The notes: generated from the letters alone by a model not told the origin. Positions 13,718 to 26,585 are shown, counted from the first letter of the stretch. The stretch is 64,000 nucleotides of DNA from Octopus vulgaris (GCA_951406725.2 OX597826.1:28148001-28212000); one strand, 5' to 3'. Made by a program: numbers and translations.

Positions 13718-14101
13718 TACAGGGTAAATGTTTTTTAATTTTCTCCTGGTTTACGGAATTGACGTTATTTTGCGGTTAAAGCTTTTGGCTGTTATTTCTA
13801 GTGGGGGAATGGCCTATTATGGCCGTTCCTTGATTGTGATGTTGAACTTAAAAATGGTTTATGACTATTTAATTTTTTCCCACTAGGCCGCTGGTGGCAA
13901 AAGAATTCTACAAAATTTTTTTTGGCACCCTATATTGATTAATTATGAATTTTCTGGTTAATTCCGTAATGGAATCGGTGGCTTATATTTATTTGCTGCC
14001 GATAAATTTGGCGCGAGTGCGATGATTTGAAAATTTTAGGTCAGATATTGACGAGGTAGCAACGAGAATGCCTCGTGAAAAATATCTGTTCCGGCTTGGC
14101 T

Positions 14102-14208
14102 ATTTCTTACTGATGAATCTAAGGGCCTATGGTAGATTGGCTTGATTTAATTTAATCAGGTTAGTTTTCCATTAAACAGTAGATGAAACGGTGCATCGTC
14201 TAAGAAAT
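14102..14208 (+). ncRNA. Type I hammerhead ribozyme, second plus-strand copy (cleavage after 14200)
   Basis: Same sequence as 13611-13717, shifted by 491. Confidence 0.9.
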
Positions 14209-14461
14209 TACAGGGTAAATGTTTTTTAATTTTCTCCTGGTTTACGGAATTGACGTTATTTTGCGGTTAAAGCTTTTGGCTGTTATTTCTAGTGGGTGAA
14301 TGGCCTATTATGGCCGTTCCTTGATTGTGATGTTGAACTTAAAAATGGTTTATGACTATTTAATTTTTTCCCACTAGGCCGCTGGTGGCAAAAGAATTCT
14401 ACAAAATTTTTTTTGCCACCCTATATTGATTAATAAATATATATATATATATATATATACA

Positions 14462-15112
14462 CTAGCAGCTAAGCCCGGTTTCACCCGGTCGGTTTGGATG
14501 ATGTGGCTGTAAAACCTGTTCTGTGTAAGCATTCGACTTGTTTGGGCATGCTTACGTTAAAAAATAATTTTAGAATGACATTTTTCTGTCAAAACGCTAA
14601 AAATAACTGACCAACAAAAATAAAACAGCCAAGATTCAACCTAATCAAAAATAAATGTATATATATATATGTATATTAATATAAAACAAACCCAAATACT
14701 AAGCGAACAAAGATGAACCATCCCACTTCCACTGTTTGCGCACACGCACACGCACACACACACACATTCATATACCCCCCTTTTACATATACACACATAT
14801 ATTCACACAGAGTTGAAACGCTGTTTGATTTATTTTTCAGCGTACAATTTTCATCATCCCACTACCAAGTATGACATCACCCCTTCCTTCCTTATTCATC
14901 TATCACCCCTTCCATTATCATTCATAAACACAAGAGTATCATTACAGTAGATTATCTCGGTAACTATGGGAGCTATGAAAAAATACAAAGCCCAGCAACA
15001 CCGCCGGATCATTCTACACATCTGTGTAATTTCTCGCGCAATTCCACACAGCCGTTTGACCATGAATCCCAAGAAAAAAAAGAATCACCCATGTCAAATT
15101 TATATGTATAGA
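14462..15112 (-). mobile_element. Non-autonomous Helitron
   Basis: Minus strand starts TCTATACATATAAA and ends with hairpin CCGG GTGAAA CCGG plus CTAG. Inserted between A and T, no TSD. Confidence 0.75.
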
Positions 15113-15844
15113 TTAAGAAAACGGAACATGGATTTAGTATGAATCTTTATTCCGTACGACGATCGTTTCGACCCATGCTGCATCTGTCCCAAGGGAGTGG
15201 GATATTCTGCATCTAATTGTGTTGCATCAATCGGTGCAAGCTGTGATACTCCAGTTGCTTGATGCAAAAACAAGATACCCCACTGAGAGATACTGACTTC
15301 TCTCCTTGGCATGCTGTTCTCGCTGTTGGTACATTTGGTAAGACTGTGTGTGCCTGGGCATATATGTGTGAATGCAGGCATATAATCTGATATATTATAT
15401 AACATAATATATTACATAAGTAGGAATGTACATGGATAGAGACACAGACAAACGGACAGACAAGCAGACAGACAAGGATGCCAACATACATTCAATTGTT
15501 ATTATAAAATCAGTCTAAATTTGCTTTTCCCTGTTTCTCCTATTCTCTCGACCTTTCTCTGTGTTTTTCTCTCTCTCTTTTCTGTCTTTCTTTCTCTTTC
15601 TTCTCCCTCCCCCTCTCTCTCTATTTATCTATGTCCCTATCTCTTCCTTCTAAGCCAATACACACACATAGATACAAATCAAACATGAAGATACGCACAA
15701 ATATCATCTTTCGTCTTTGTGATACACGCTTACACACACACGTATCTTACACATATACACACATACACACACACATCTACACACCCACACAAACACCCAC
15801 ACCTACACAAACACAGACACACACACACACGCACACACACGCAC

Positions 15845-15876
<32 letters not shown>

Positions 15877-16113
15877 GTAGGCATACACTCGCTCCAACTA
15901 CGTCTCCTTCTTCCCGTCCGACAACCATGAAGGTTGTATTGTAACAGTTGTTCTTAGATTGACACATATAAACAACACGTACATCAAACACGACCTCGCT
16001 CATGATACACTGGGTTGGTCTGCATAAGAGTATGTATATGAAAGTCCATACATGCATACATGCATACATATGTATATACATATATATATACACACACTCA
16101 TCCATATACTTAT

Positions 16114-16219
<106 letters not shown>

Positions 16220-16258
16220 GTATACATATACACATGCATATATGTGTGCGTGTATGTG

Positions 16259-16296
<38 letters not shown>

Positions 16297-16302
<6 letters not shown>

Positions 16303-17482
16303 GCGAGGGGTATTTGAGGACATTTCTTTTTCTAGTTCATTACACCATGCATCATTTATTTGTGTTCGGATAACCCTTTCAAGATATCATCCTAACTCAA
16401 GAAATGAGAAGACATGCAGTCATAGTCGCTATACATGCAAACCATAGTGATTTAGAAATTAGCAACATTCTAAATGTTGCAAGATCATTTGTACACAAAG
16501 TTCGGTTGGAATTGGACACGTGTGATGGTACTATTCCTCTTGTATCAAAGAGAAAAACATTCACAACGTCCAGACACTAAAAGGACACCAGAATTTATAC
16601 ATGATCAAAACATTATCGATGAAAATCCCAGAGGATCAATGAGGTCCATTGCTAAAGAATTTCAGGTGTCAAAGTGGACTATCAGAACTGTGATACATCG
16701 TGACATTCGATACAAGTCCTATGTAATGAGGAAAGGTCAATTCGTGTCTGCAAAGACACAGGATAACGGTTACTGAAGAAAGTGAAAAACCCTCATGAAC
16801 AAGGATTGCTTTGGTTTTCCTCTGGAAAAAAATCTTTGACCAGGATTAAAAGTCTAACAGAAGAAATGACAGATCCTTCAGAAGTACTCAGTGATGCACA
16901 CCAAATTTCCAGCAATTGTGATGGTTTTAGGAATAGTGAGCAGCGAAAGTTATGTGATGCTTCCCACTTTTTTCCACAGAGTCTTAGAATTGACGCTGCT
17001 GGATACATTGAGGTACTGGATTGATGAAGTATGCAATGGAAGTCCATACCTGCTTTAACAAGACTCAGTACCTTTTCACAAAGCCCTAGTTATCCAAGAC
17101 TGGTTGTTAGATAATCTTTGCGATTATTCAACACCCAACATGTGGCCTCCAAACTCGCCAGATTTGAACCCCATGGACAACTACGTATGGGGTGCTGTTG
17201 GAAAGGGGAATAATCGACATCCTCATAATACCCTAGCTTCATTGAAGGCCGCCATTGTCCAGGTGATGTCCGAAAGGACAATATAGTGTGAGCATGCCAG
17301 CGGTTTCGGTCCCGCATTGAAGCAGTCATCGAAGCCGAAGGCGGCTTCATAGAATAATGTGCTTAGAAAATCATTATCAAGTCTAATTGCACAAATGTTT
17401 ATTCAAATACATATTTATTTATGCTGAAATATAGTTGTTTTATTGTATACCACAACTATCCTCAAATACTCCTCGCACCGTG
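16297..17482 (+). mobile_element. Decayed maT (DD37D) Tc1/mariner transposon
   Basis: TIRs GGTGCGAGGGGTATTTGAGGA / TCCTCAAATACTCCTCGCACC. Fragments SMRSIAKEFQVSKWTIR and QDS...WPPNSPDLNPMDNYVW, with 37 residues between the second and third D. Frameshifts and stops. Confidence 0.9.
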
Positions 17483-17633
17483 AGCAGACGAAACAGCAAA
17501 GATGATCTGGAACTCGACTGAGGAAAGAAAGCTCCGAATGACCCGTCCTTGTCTTTTCTTGTCCCTTTTTGTATCATCAAATTGTCTGGATGTTTTGTTG
17601 TCGCCTGTTGCGTTCTTGTCCCTTTCTTTGTAT

Positions 17634-17680
<47 letters not shown>

Positions 17681-17750
17681 TGTGTGTGTGTGTGTGATAT
17701 ATATATGTGTGCGTGTGTGTGTGTGTGTGCATGTGTGTGAGTATGAATGT

Positions 17751-18205
17751 ATATTGGGTTATGCCATAAATAATGCAGCTTTTTTTCAATTGCATGAACT
17801 AAAAGTCGGAGGGTGGTGGGATAAACTACCTGCATCAATTTGCTATAAAAACAGGTAGCAATTTTACCTTGTGCTTAACTTTCATGCAAGTTTTGAAGAG
17901 TTTTTTATTTTTTCAAAGCTATAATTGAAGTGACAAAGGAGTATATTCGGCATATTTTGCTTTATGAGTTCAATAAAGGCAACAAACACAGCGCAAAATA
18001 CGAGGAATTAATATTCCTCGCACTTTCCATTGCGTTGTTGTTGTATATAAGGATCGCACACTAAACGTAAGCCAGTGTGAACGGTGGTTCCAGAAATTCC
18101 GAACCGGAAACTACAGCCTAGAAGACGAGGCTCTTTCTGGAAGATCTGTAGAACTCGTCGAGGTCGTCCTGCAAACTCTGGTGGAACCAAATCTCATAGT
18201 ATAAG
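17751..18205 (+). mobile_element. Mariner (Mos1-like) 5' fragment
   Basis: EYIRHILLYEFNKGN...CERWFQKFRTGNYSLEDE mariner N-terminal HTH; putative TIR start TATTGGGTTATGCCATAAATAATG. Confidence 0.75.
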
Positions 18206-18610
18206 AATAATAAATTATGTGTCTATGCATGTATGTATGTATGTTTATGTGCGTGCGTGTGTGTCTGTATTTGTGCTTTTCTCTTATCACCGTTTGGCAA
18301 TTGTTGTTGGTTTGTTTACGCCATCGTAACCTAGCGGTTCGGCAGTAGACCATCGGTTGAATAACTGCACAAGCTTTAAAATGAGTTAATTACTGGGATC
18401 GATTTGCTCAATAAAATTTTCCAATGTGGTGCCCCAGCATGGCCGCAGTCTAATGGCTGAAACAAGTAAAAATATTAAAAACAAAAGATAACGAAACACT
18501 TTTACAGAAAATATAACACACACACACACAAATACACACCACCCATATACATACACGCATACACATACAGACATACACACACGCGCGCGCTCACACACAT
18601 ACACACACAT

Positions 18611-18720
<110 letters not shown>

Positions 18721-19124
18721 ACAAAAAAAACAAAAACAAACAACATGAAAACCGTACACGACCGGTCAGAACCAGTCAGATGTTTCACCTGTTTATCAGA
18801 TATAATTTATTCATTTTAATGGCTTTAGCAGATATCTATAAAATTACTCTCATACTGAAGTGGCTATAATTGGTCTTAATTTCAGATCATGTGGTGAAGC
18901 ATCCCTTTTGCATAGTTCCACTTATTTTTCGCTTTTATATCACGAGAGACTTTGTCTTATATCAAACAGTATTAAACCTGTAGTAAAAGTTTTCTATCTT
19001 TTCCAGGCCCGGGAACCTATTATACATTCTTATTCCAAACCTGATACTGAAGCTTAACAAAACCATTGATATCAACGGTGCACGAAGCACATTTTTACAA
19101 CTTACAAAGGACGAATAAATACGC

Positions 19125-19505
19125 ATGACTGTGTGGCAAGTAGCTTGCTTCCTAACCACATGGTTCCAGGTTCAGTCCCACTGCGAAGCACGTTGGACAA
19201 ATGTCTTCTGCTATAGCTTTGGGTCGACCAAAACCTTATTAGTGGAGTTGGTAGACGGAAACTGAAAGAAGCCAGCCGTATAGGTGTGTGTGTGAGAGAG
19301 AGATTGTGTCTCTGTGTATGTGTTTGTCCCCCAACACCGCTTAACAACTGGTTTGGTATGTTTACGTCTACGTGACTTAGGGGTTCGGCAAAAGTGACGA
19401 TAAAATAAGGACTAGGCTTAAAAAACATACGTTCTGTCCGACTAAAAGTTCCTTAAGGCAGAGCACCAGCTTGGCCACAGTCAAATGACTGAAACAAGTA
19501 AAAAA
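19125..19505 (+). mobile_element. SINE family A copy
   Basis: Homologous to 28756-29232. Confidence 0.85.
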
Positions 19506-20451
19506 CGAAAGAACCTAGCTATCATGTCTATGTACCCACGATGTATAGGTACTACTGATGGTCCTGTCACGTGGTTTGAACCTACGACACCTCGTCTCCA
19601 TATTGGTTATGCTGACGATACGATTAAAATACGCGTTTACAACTGGACCACGGTAGAGGTGATAAGACATGTGATGTTATCATAGTATCATCATTACGAT
19701 ATCACATTACACCTTTATCGTAATAAAGATATTTACTAGATAAACATGTAATACTATAACAACATAATACCTTTCTTTATCACAACATACACAGATATCG
19801 GTCTTGATAAAAACATATCTAATGTTCCCATAATGTAAATTGTGTCATTACATATGTTTGATTCTGTGTGTGCAAAAGTACATGTATTTGTGTGTGTGTC
19901 TGTGTGTGCATGAATATATATATATATATAAGAACATACTTACACATATGCGTATATACGTACGTATGTACGTGCATAAATACGTACATACGTACATACG
20001 CACTCACATGCAGACATACACGAACATGCTCGTCCACGCTCACACAACACACACACACTTATGGTATAAAGGTTTTCTTAAAACTACGCTCGTATCACGA
20101 TATATATACGAGTGTGCTTCTGTACATGGCTGTGTGTGTGTGTGCGTGTGTATACGTGTGTGTGTGTGTTTATAAAACTATAACTTCAACTAGTTTTAGC
20201 TCGAAAACTGCGGTCATGCTGGGACACTACAGGAGTAGTGGTAGTTGTGGTGGTAGTGGTGGTGATGATGATGATGGTGGTGCTGGTTTTGGTGGGTGAA
20301 TTGATGGCGGTAGATTTTGTTCCCATTTGTTTTACTTTCGTTGCTTTATATATATATGCGTTTGTGTGTGTGTGTGTGTGTATGAACGTATGCATGTATG
20401 GATGGATGGTGTGCGTATGCGTGTGATTCACTGCAGACATTTCTGTTTTAC

Positions 20452-21135
20452 ATATACACGTCACTAAAGCGACTGAGGGCGCTATTCAGCACCAGTGTTG
20501 CTAGAAGTAAGAGTCAAAACAATTCATAGCCTGGATAAGCGCCATTTTATTGACTGACAAGGGAAGCAAGCTCCCTTAGCACAGGGCACAGCTTATAACA
20601 TCACCGTAGAAATCATACTCTGATTTCATAAATGGTTAAAGTGTAAATTATAAACTATAAAGGTGGCTTCTTAGCAATTTTTCAACAGAAATGTAAAAAT
20701 ATATACGTCACTAAAGCGACTGGGGGCTCTATCCAGCACCAGTATGGCTAGAAATAAGAGTCAAAAACAACTCATATCCACAATAACACAACGTCTTATT
20801 AACTGACAAGGGAGGCAACCTTCCTTATTACCGTTCACTATTTATGAAATCAGCGTATGATTTCCACGGTAATCTTATAAGCTGATAAAGCGAGTTGCGC
20901 TTAACCCAAGGCGCCGGTAAGAGCCATTGAAGAGCATTAATGTAAATGTGAAATCACTGGTGATCTGGCTCTGGTGCTAAGGAAGCTTGCTTCTCTTGTC
21001 AGTCAATAAAATGGTGCGTTATAGTGGCTATGAGCTGTTTTGACTCTTATTTCTAGCAACACTGGTGCTGAAAACGCTTTAATGACGGATATATTTTTGC
21101 ATTTCGGTTGAAAAATTGCTAACAAGCCACCCTTA
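20452..21135. repeat. Foldback mosaic of direct and inverted modules
   Basis: Module A at 20452-20590, 20700-20830 and inverted at 20965-21090. Module B at 20589-20634 and inverted at 20840-20885. 20659-20700 is inverted at 21092-21135. Confidence 0.75.
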
Positions 21136-21207
21136 TGTGTGTGTGTGTGTGTATACACGTTTGTATATAGTATAGGTTGAGGGTTTTCGTAAATGCCTTT
21201 CGTTCCA

Positions 21208-21242
<35 letters not shown>

Positions 21243-21432
21243 TGCTCTCTCCCCACCTCACCATGATCTAAGATGGCAAATCATAAGCTGTGTCACCGAG
21301 ACACTGACCAAACAGCGAACGACAGTTCAGATTCATGACAGAACAGTCATAACAACTCTGACAGATTAATACTGTTATTCTTGTGAGGAGTAGTGGTAGT
21401 TATGGTGGTAGTAGTGGTGATGATGATGATGT

Positions 21433-21464
<32 letters not shown>

Positions 21465-21870
21465 GTAGTGGTGACGGTGGTGGTAGTGCTGGTTTTGGTG
21501 GTGGTGGCGGTGGGTGAATTGGTGGCGGTAGAGTTTGTTGACATTTGTTGCTTTATGTGTGTGTGTGTGTGCGTGTGTGCGCGTGTGTGTGTGTGTGTCT
21601 GTGTGTGTATGAAAGTATGAACGTATGTATGTATGTATGTATGTATGGATGGATGGATGGATGGATGGATGGATAGATGTATACATATGTATATCAATGT
21701 AAGTATATACTCATATATATGCATATGTGTATATATATATATGTATATGTCTGTCTGTGTCTATCTATATAAATGCACACATATGTACACACACACATAT
21801 ATAGTGCATGTGTATATGCTTAATTTCATTACACATACACACGTGTATAGCTATGTTATGTTTGCGTATG

Positions 21871-21916
<46 letters not shown>

Positions 21917-21968
21917 CATATATATAAGCATGTATATATTTATGTACAATTATGCATACACATTCATA

Positions 21969-22005
<37 letters not shown>

Positions 22006-22145
22006 GATAATATATGAATTACTGTATGTATGGGAAAATATACATATGTATATCTGCATGTATACCTGCATGTATGCGTATATATGTATAGGCGTGTGAC
22101 CTACTTTCTCCGTTAAATTCACGACAATAACGGCCAGGGTTCCAG

Positions 22146-22218
22146 TCCTGGATCTCAAAGATCTGAATCTCAAATTCGTTGATCTCAAAGTCCTGAGTCT
22201 CAAAGACCTGGATCTCAG
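22146..22218 (+). repeat. Minisatellite, unit about 15 bp, five copies
   Basis: Variants of CCTGGATCTCAAAGA. Confidence 0.7.
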
Positions 22219-22388
22219 TGTTTGTTATGTCCTTGCTCAAAGCACGTCATTTTCCGTTACTCCAGTCGATCCAGCAGAAAACACTGCGAAGCGCATTGTG
22301 ACCAGCGATGTATAGCAACATCTGATAGTCTGGTCGGTCACAGTGACGGTGATATATACACACATACATACGTGCATACATAAATATG

Positions 22389-22421
<33 letters not shown>

Positions 22422-22479
22422 CTCCAGCATGGCCGCAGTCAAATGACTGAAACAAGTTAAAGAGTAAAAGAGTAAAAGA

Positions 22480-22523
<44 letters not shown>

Positions 22524-22754
22524 TGGTTTGACGTGTTTTTTTAGCGGTGAGTCAAACGTTTTGTTGAACGTTGGATAATTTTTCTGTTGGAATTGTTGAC
22601 TGTTTATTATTGAATATTTTCGAACTGTTGAGCATTGTTGAACTTTGAAACTTTGAAAATTTTGGGGTTTTTTTCCCCGGTGACGGGAGAAAGTAATTCT
22701 TTGTGTAAAGCCATTTTTGTAGTTGTGAATTGTTAAAATATTGAACTTATTAAA

Positions 22755-23190
22755 GCCGTTGTAGGCTTTATTGTCGCCCTCCACCCACCAGCGGGGGTAG
22801 GATTTGAACTGTTATCCTCATTAAGAGGGAAAAAAATATTATAGGTTTCCCGTTTTTTGGGATAATCAATTAATTATTGTGAAAAATTTAATTTTAGCCG
22901 TTGTAGGCTCTATTGTGGCACGCCGCCCCTAGCGGGGGTGAGATTTGAACTGTTGTCCTCGTTGTGAGGGAAAAAAAACATATTATAGGTTTCCCGTTTT
23001 TTGGGATACCGTATTTTTGGTATTGTGTGAAAAATTTAATTTCGAATGTTGTAGGCTTTGTTGTTACGGCTCAACACCCAGCGGGGGTAGGATTTGAACT
23101 GTTGTCCTCGTTGAGAGGAAAAGAAAAGTAAAACATTATAGGTTTCCTGTTTTCTGTAATGAAATTGTGTATAAATTTATTTCGAATGAA
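22755..23190 (+). repeat. Three tandem monomers of about 145 bp in the LINE 5' UTR
   Basis: GTTGTAGGCT...AGCGGGGGTAGGATTTGAACTGTT...ATTATAGGTTTCC at about 22755, 22897 and 23045. Confidence 0.85.
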
Positions 23191-24168
23191 TATGTCGGAC
23201 GAAATAATTTCAGAGAAAAATTCACTGGAAGAGCCAGTTAAGAAATTTTCAGCAGTTTACCGCGGTGGCTACAAAAAACGTCGAACTACCAAAGGAAAAG
23301 CTCTCCGAGCTATTTGAAAAATTGAAAGAAGAGGGAGGTGATATAAAAATATCACCCTCCCCATGTGTTGAAAAATTGAAAAGAAGGACAGCCGTTTTCA
23401 AAACATAATGTCCTTCAACAGAGAAATTTAAGCACTTTAAGCAGTGCAAAAGTGAAAAATGTCTGGCTCCCATATGGGAAGACATAAAGTATATAGCGAG
23501 GGGGCGTATTTATGGCACAGTAGAGGCCGGATTTGGGATCTTTTCGGTTTGAACGGCGGTTTTTAACATAATTTCTAGGTAACTAAAAAAATTTAAACTT
23601 TGTATACTGGTAGAATGTCTTTATAAAACATCTTTTTCTCTTGGCTGTCTTGAGAAAATTCTATTGTTTGTAAGATATTTGGTCTTGCATTTCGGCAATT
23701 TCAACCAATCAATGACCGTCTATTGAGATGAAAACATTCTGTGCCGTATGAATATGTCCCTCGTTCCACATTCCCCACAAAAGAAAACAAAAACGGAAGC
23801 ACCGCACCACAAAAAAGAAACGAAACCGTCCCATTGTCCCACAAGGAAAAAATAAGGGAAAGACGAAAGATAACGAACAGAAAACCCTGGTAAAATATGA
23901 CACCAGAGACAAATACATTGAGGACATTGTAAAAGATCACCACACCACCACGCTGTTTGAACAGCACAAGGACTTAAGAGAAAGATGTGCCTGGATAGGG
24001 GAAGGCTATTACAGGCAACTGAAGGACAGGCATCCAAAGACCATCAGGAGTATCCCGGACTTTCCAGGATATTTGAAGAAGGAGAAGGAGGAAAGGGCTG
24101 CCTCATGTGTTGTGAGATCAGCCCCAACATCACCAATAAAGGGTAAGTAGAACCTTTGTATTTTTTCC

Positions 24169-25930
24169 TTGTGTTTGAATGTGCGTGGTCTGAGCTCAAA
24201 GTGGAAGCAAGCTTGTTTCCTCGACGACCCCGGACCACACGATATGCATGTGATGGTTGCTACAGAGACCAAGCTGAACAGTCTACAAGCCTACTCGCCC
24301 ATCCTGAATGACTATGAGGAAATTATGTCTCCTAGCCAGACAAGAGGAAGAGGGGGTGTAGTAGTACTGGTCCGGAAAGACTTGGCTCTGCGGACAAGTA
24401 CAGTCTATGTAGACCCTGAAGCTGGGCTGGACGTCCTTGATGTAACATACAGCAGTAAGGCCTTCAGGTTGATCGGAATCTATGCAACTTGTGCTAGAGG
24501 ACATCAAACTGATTTTTGTCGACCTCTAGTGTACTTTCTCATGACGGCGAAGACATTAGTGGTGTTAGGAGACTATGACGCTATTGTTGACGCATGTATC
24601 GATAGCGTTGACTTGATCTATAGGAAAGTAAACTCACGTCTCGTAAATCTGCTTAAGCGTTTTCAGCTAGCGGATCGCTACAGACTTGACCATCCGAGCA
24701 TCCCAGAGTGGACCTGGATAAGCGGCGACGAAAGGTTTAGGTCTTACTTAGATAGGATAGTGATAAGAACTAGAGATAAGCTTAGTTTTAGCTGTTCAAA
24801 GCTTGTCCAAGTAGCTTACACTGACCATAAAATGGTTAAGTGTAGACTGGACATAGATAGTACAGTTAAGAGAGGATCCGGCTACTGGAAGCTAAACAAG
24901 TCTATTTTGAATTGCGAGGCATACCGTAGCCGGATTAAGGAATTAGTACAGAGGGCGTTAACCGGCGCGGTGGTTAATAACCGATGGTGGTTCGTCCTCA
25001 AGAGAGCCATTCGTTTTGAGTCTGTGAGGTTTAGCCATCAGCTATGACTAGATAAGGCCAGAATAGAAGAGCAGTTAGTTAAGGACCTAGAGGAGGCGTT
25101 GAGATTAGGTTCTACATCTCACGTTTTGGCAGCGAGAACGGCCTTGGAACGTCACCTCAAAGCCAAACGTGAGGGGAGCAGAATTCGGGTTAAAGTTCGT
25201 GCATTGGGCCGTGAGGGAATTCATGTTGCCGGAAGAAACCCAGCGTGGCAATAATTCCACAATTAGGTCTCTCGTTGATGACAATGGGTGTTCGGTCGAC
25301 GGACAGGACGAGATGTGTGAGGTGTTTCACAAGCACATTGCCGAGTTGTTCTGGAGGCGCGGAGCGCTGGATCCTGGAGAGGTCCTTAGGGACTTCCTGT
25401 CTAATGACCCGCGTCTCTCGGCACGAGAGGCGAAGTGCTGTGAAGGGCGAATCACAGCCTAGGAAGTGATCGAGGTACTGGGCGAATACCTCGGAGAGAA
25501 GTCGCCGGGTCTCGATGGTCTGCCTTATGAATTTTACAAAAGTATGCCAGACTTATTCAGGCACCTGCTGGCCAGCGTCTACGCCAATTGGCAGCAGAAT
25601 GGAAGAATTCTCTATTCTGCAAGCCGTGGGGTGGTGACTTGATCAGGAAGGACCCGTGCAAGTGGGATGAAATAGGGAATTTCAGGCCCATAACTCTGCT
25701 GAACACAGGGTTGAAGATTTGGGCGAAGGTGCTAACGAAAACGTTGGCGCGCGTCGTAGACAAACTTGTAGGGGAAGCGCAAACGTGCACTATCCCTGGC
25801 AGGACGATCCACGACAATCTCCACTTTATACGCTGCTCCTTAGAGAGGATGGGGAAGCTTTCCGGTGCAGGGGGGCGGCACTGGTACATTTAAACCAGTC
25901 AAAGGCATTTGATAGGGTCGACCACCGGTA
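24169..25930 (+). pseudogene. LINE ORF2 pseudogene (APE endonuclease, reverse transcriptase)
   Basis: LNVRGL, ATETK, LGDYD, SYLDRI, TDHKMV, GYWKLNKSIL (Tx1/L1); KSPGLDGLP, NFRPITLLNT, QSKAFDRVDH. Stop at 25045 and frameshifts. Confidence 0.92.
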
Positions 25931-26105
25931 CAGCATGTTTCTTACAGTGAATTGCGTCATGGTGCTGTTTTTCTCGCAGACGGTGCCCAACTGACTCTGC
26001 TATACTGTTTAATCTACAAAATCAAAAACAGACAAAGCGAATGCGCGGAATTAATAAAAAATGGCGACAAATTACCCATCACACTGTATATAGCATGCAA
26101 GTATG

Positions 26106-26142
<37 letters not shown>

Positions 26143-26184
26143 GTATTTATGCATGTATATATATATATATGTGTGTGTGTATAC

Positions 26185-26237
<53 letters not shown>

Positions 26238-26585
26238 CATACATAAATACATATATATATGCATATACATAAAAATAAACACACACATACACACATACAT
26301 ATATACATACACAGATATACATACATACATACATACACACGTACATACACACATACATACATACGTACACACATATATACACACACATACACACACACAC
26401 ACATACACATACACACTTATAAATTCATATTGTTATTACTGCAGGTTTTGTTTTCGTATAAATTTGACATGTCTTGATATGTCATGAAGACATTAAAATT
26501 CGGTGTTTTTTATTGTTTTTGTATTTGTTCTGGGAATCTGTTAACTTAGTTTTTAGTTTGATTTATAGTGAGGCAAGTGTGTGTG

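Larger units (their letters stand above)
11948..14434. mobile_element. Retrozyme-like array of 491-nt hammerhead-containing monomers: about 2.6 copies on the minus strand (11948-13233) joined to about 2.45 copies on the plus strand (13232-14434)
   Basis: Left-arm units start CATTCACCCACTAG at 11948, 12439 and 12930 (period 491). The inverted arm starts GGTAAATG at 13232, 13723 and 14214 (period 491). Only about 7 substitutions seen by eye. Both ends are flanked by (TA)n. Confidence 0.9.
22521..25930 (+). mobile_element. Tx1/L1-clade LINE: 5' UTR with tandem monomers, ORF1 remnant, ORF2 (APE endonuclease plus RT N-terminal half); 3'-truncated
   Basis: Starts directly after (TA)n. ORF2 motifs are listed in the next entry. 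The ORF1-like basic region at 23190-24150 is interrupted by a MITE. Confidence 0.85.

Noticed and set aside
11948-14434. CRISPR array or plain satellite interpretation
   Set aside because: There are no unique spacers. The conserved ribozyme, strand-specific G-U helices and inverted short array fit a retroposed RNA better.
15113-15345. Unique-looking segment with open frames (also 720-915, 30720-30900, 59830-60050)
   Set aside because: No recognisable domain or consistent splice sites.
19558-19620. tRNA-like 3' half ending in CCA on the minus strand
   Set aside because: No cloverleaf 5' half; probably a decayed SINE head. The SINE heads elsewhere are likewise not tRNA genes.
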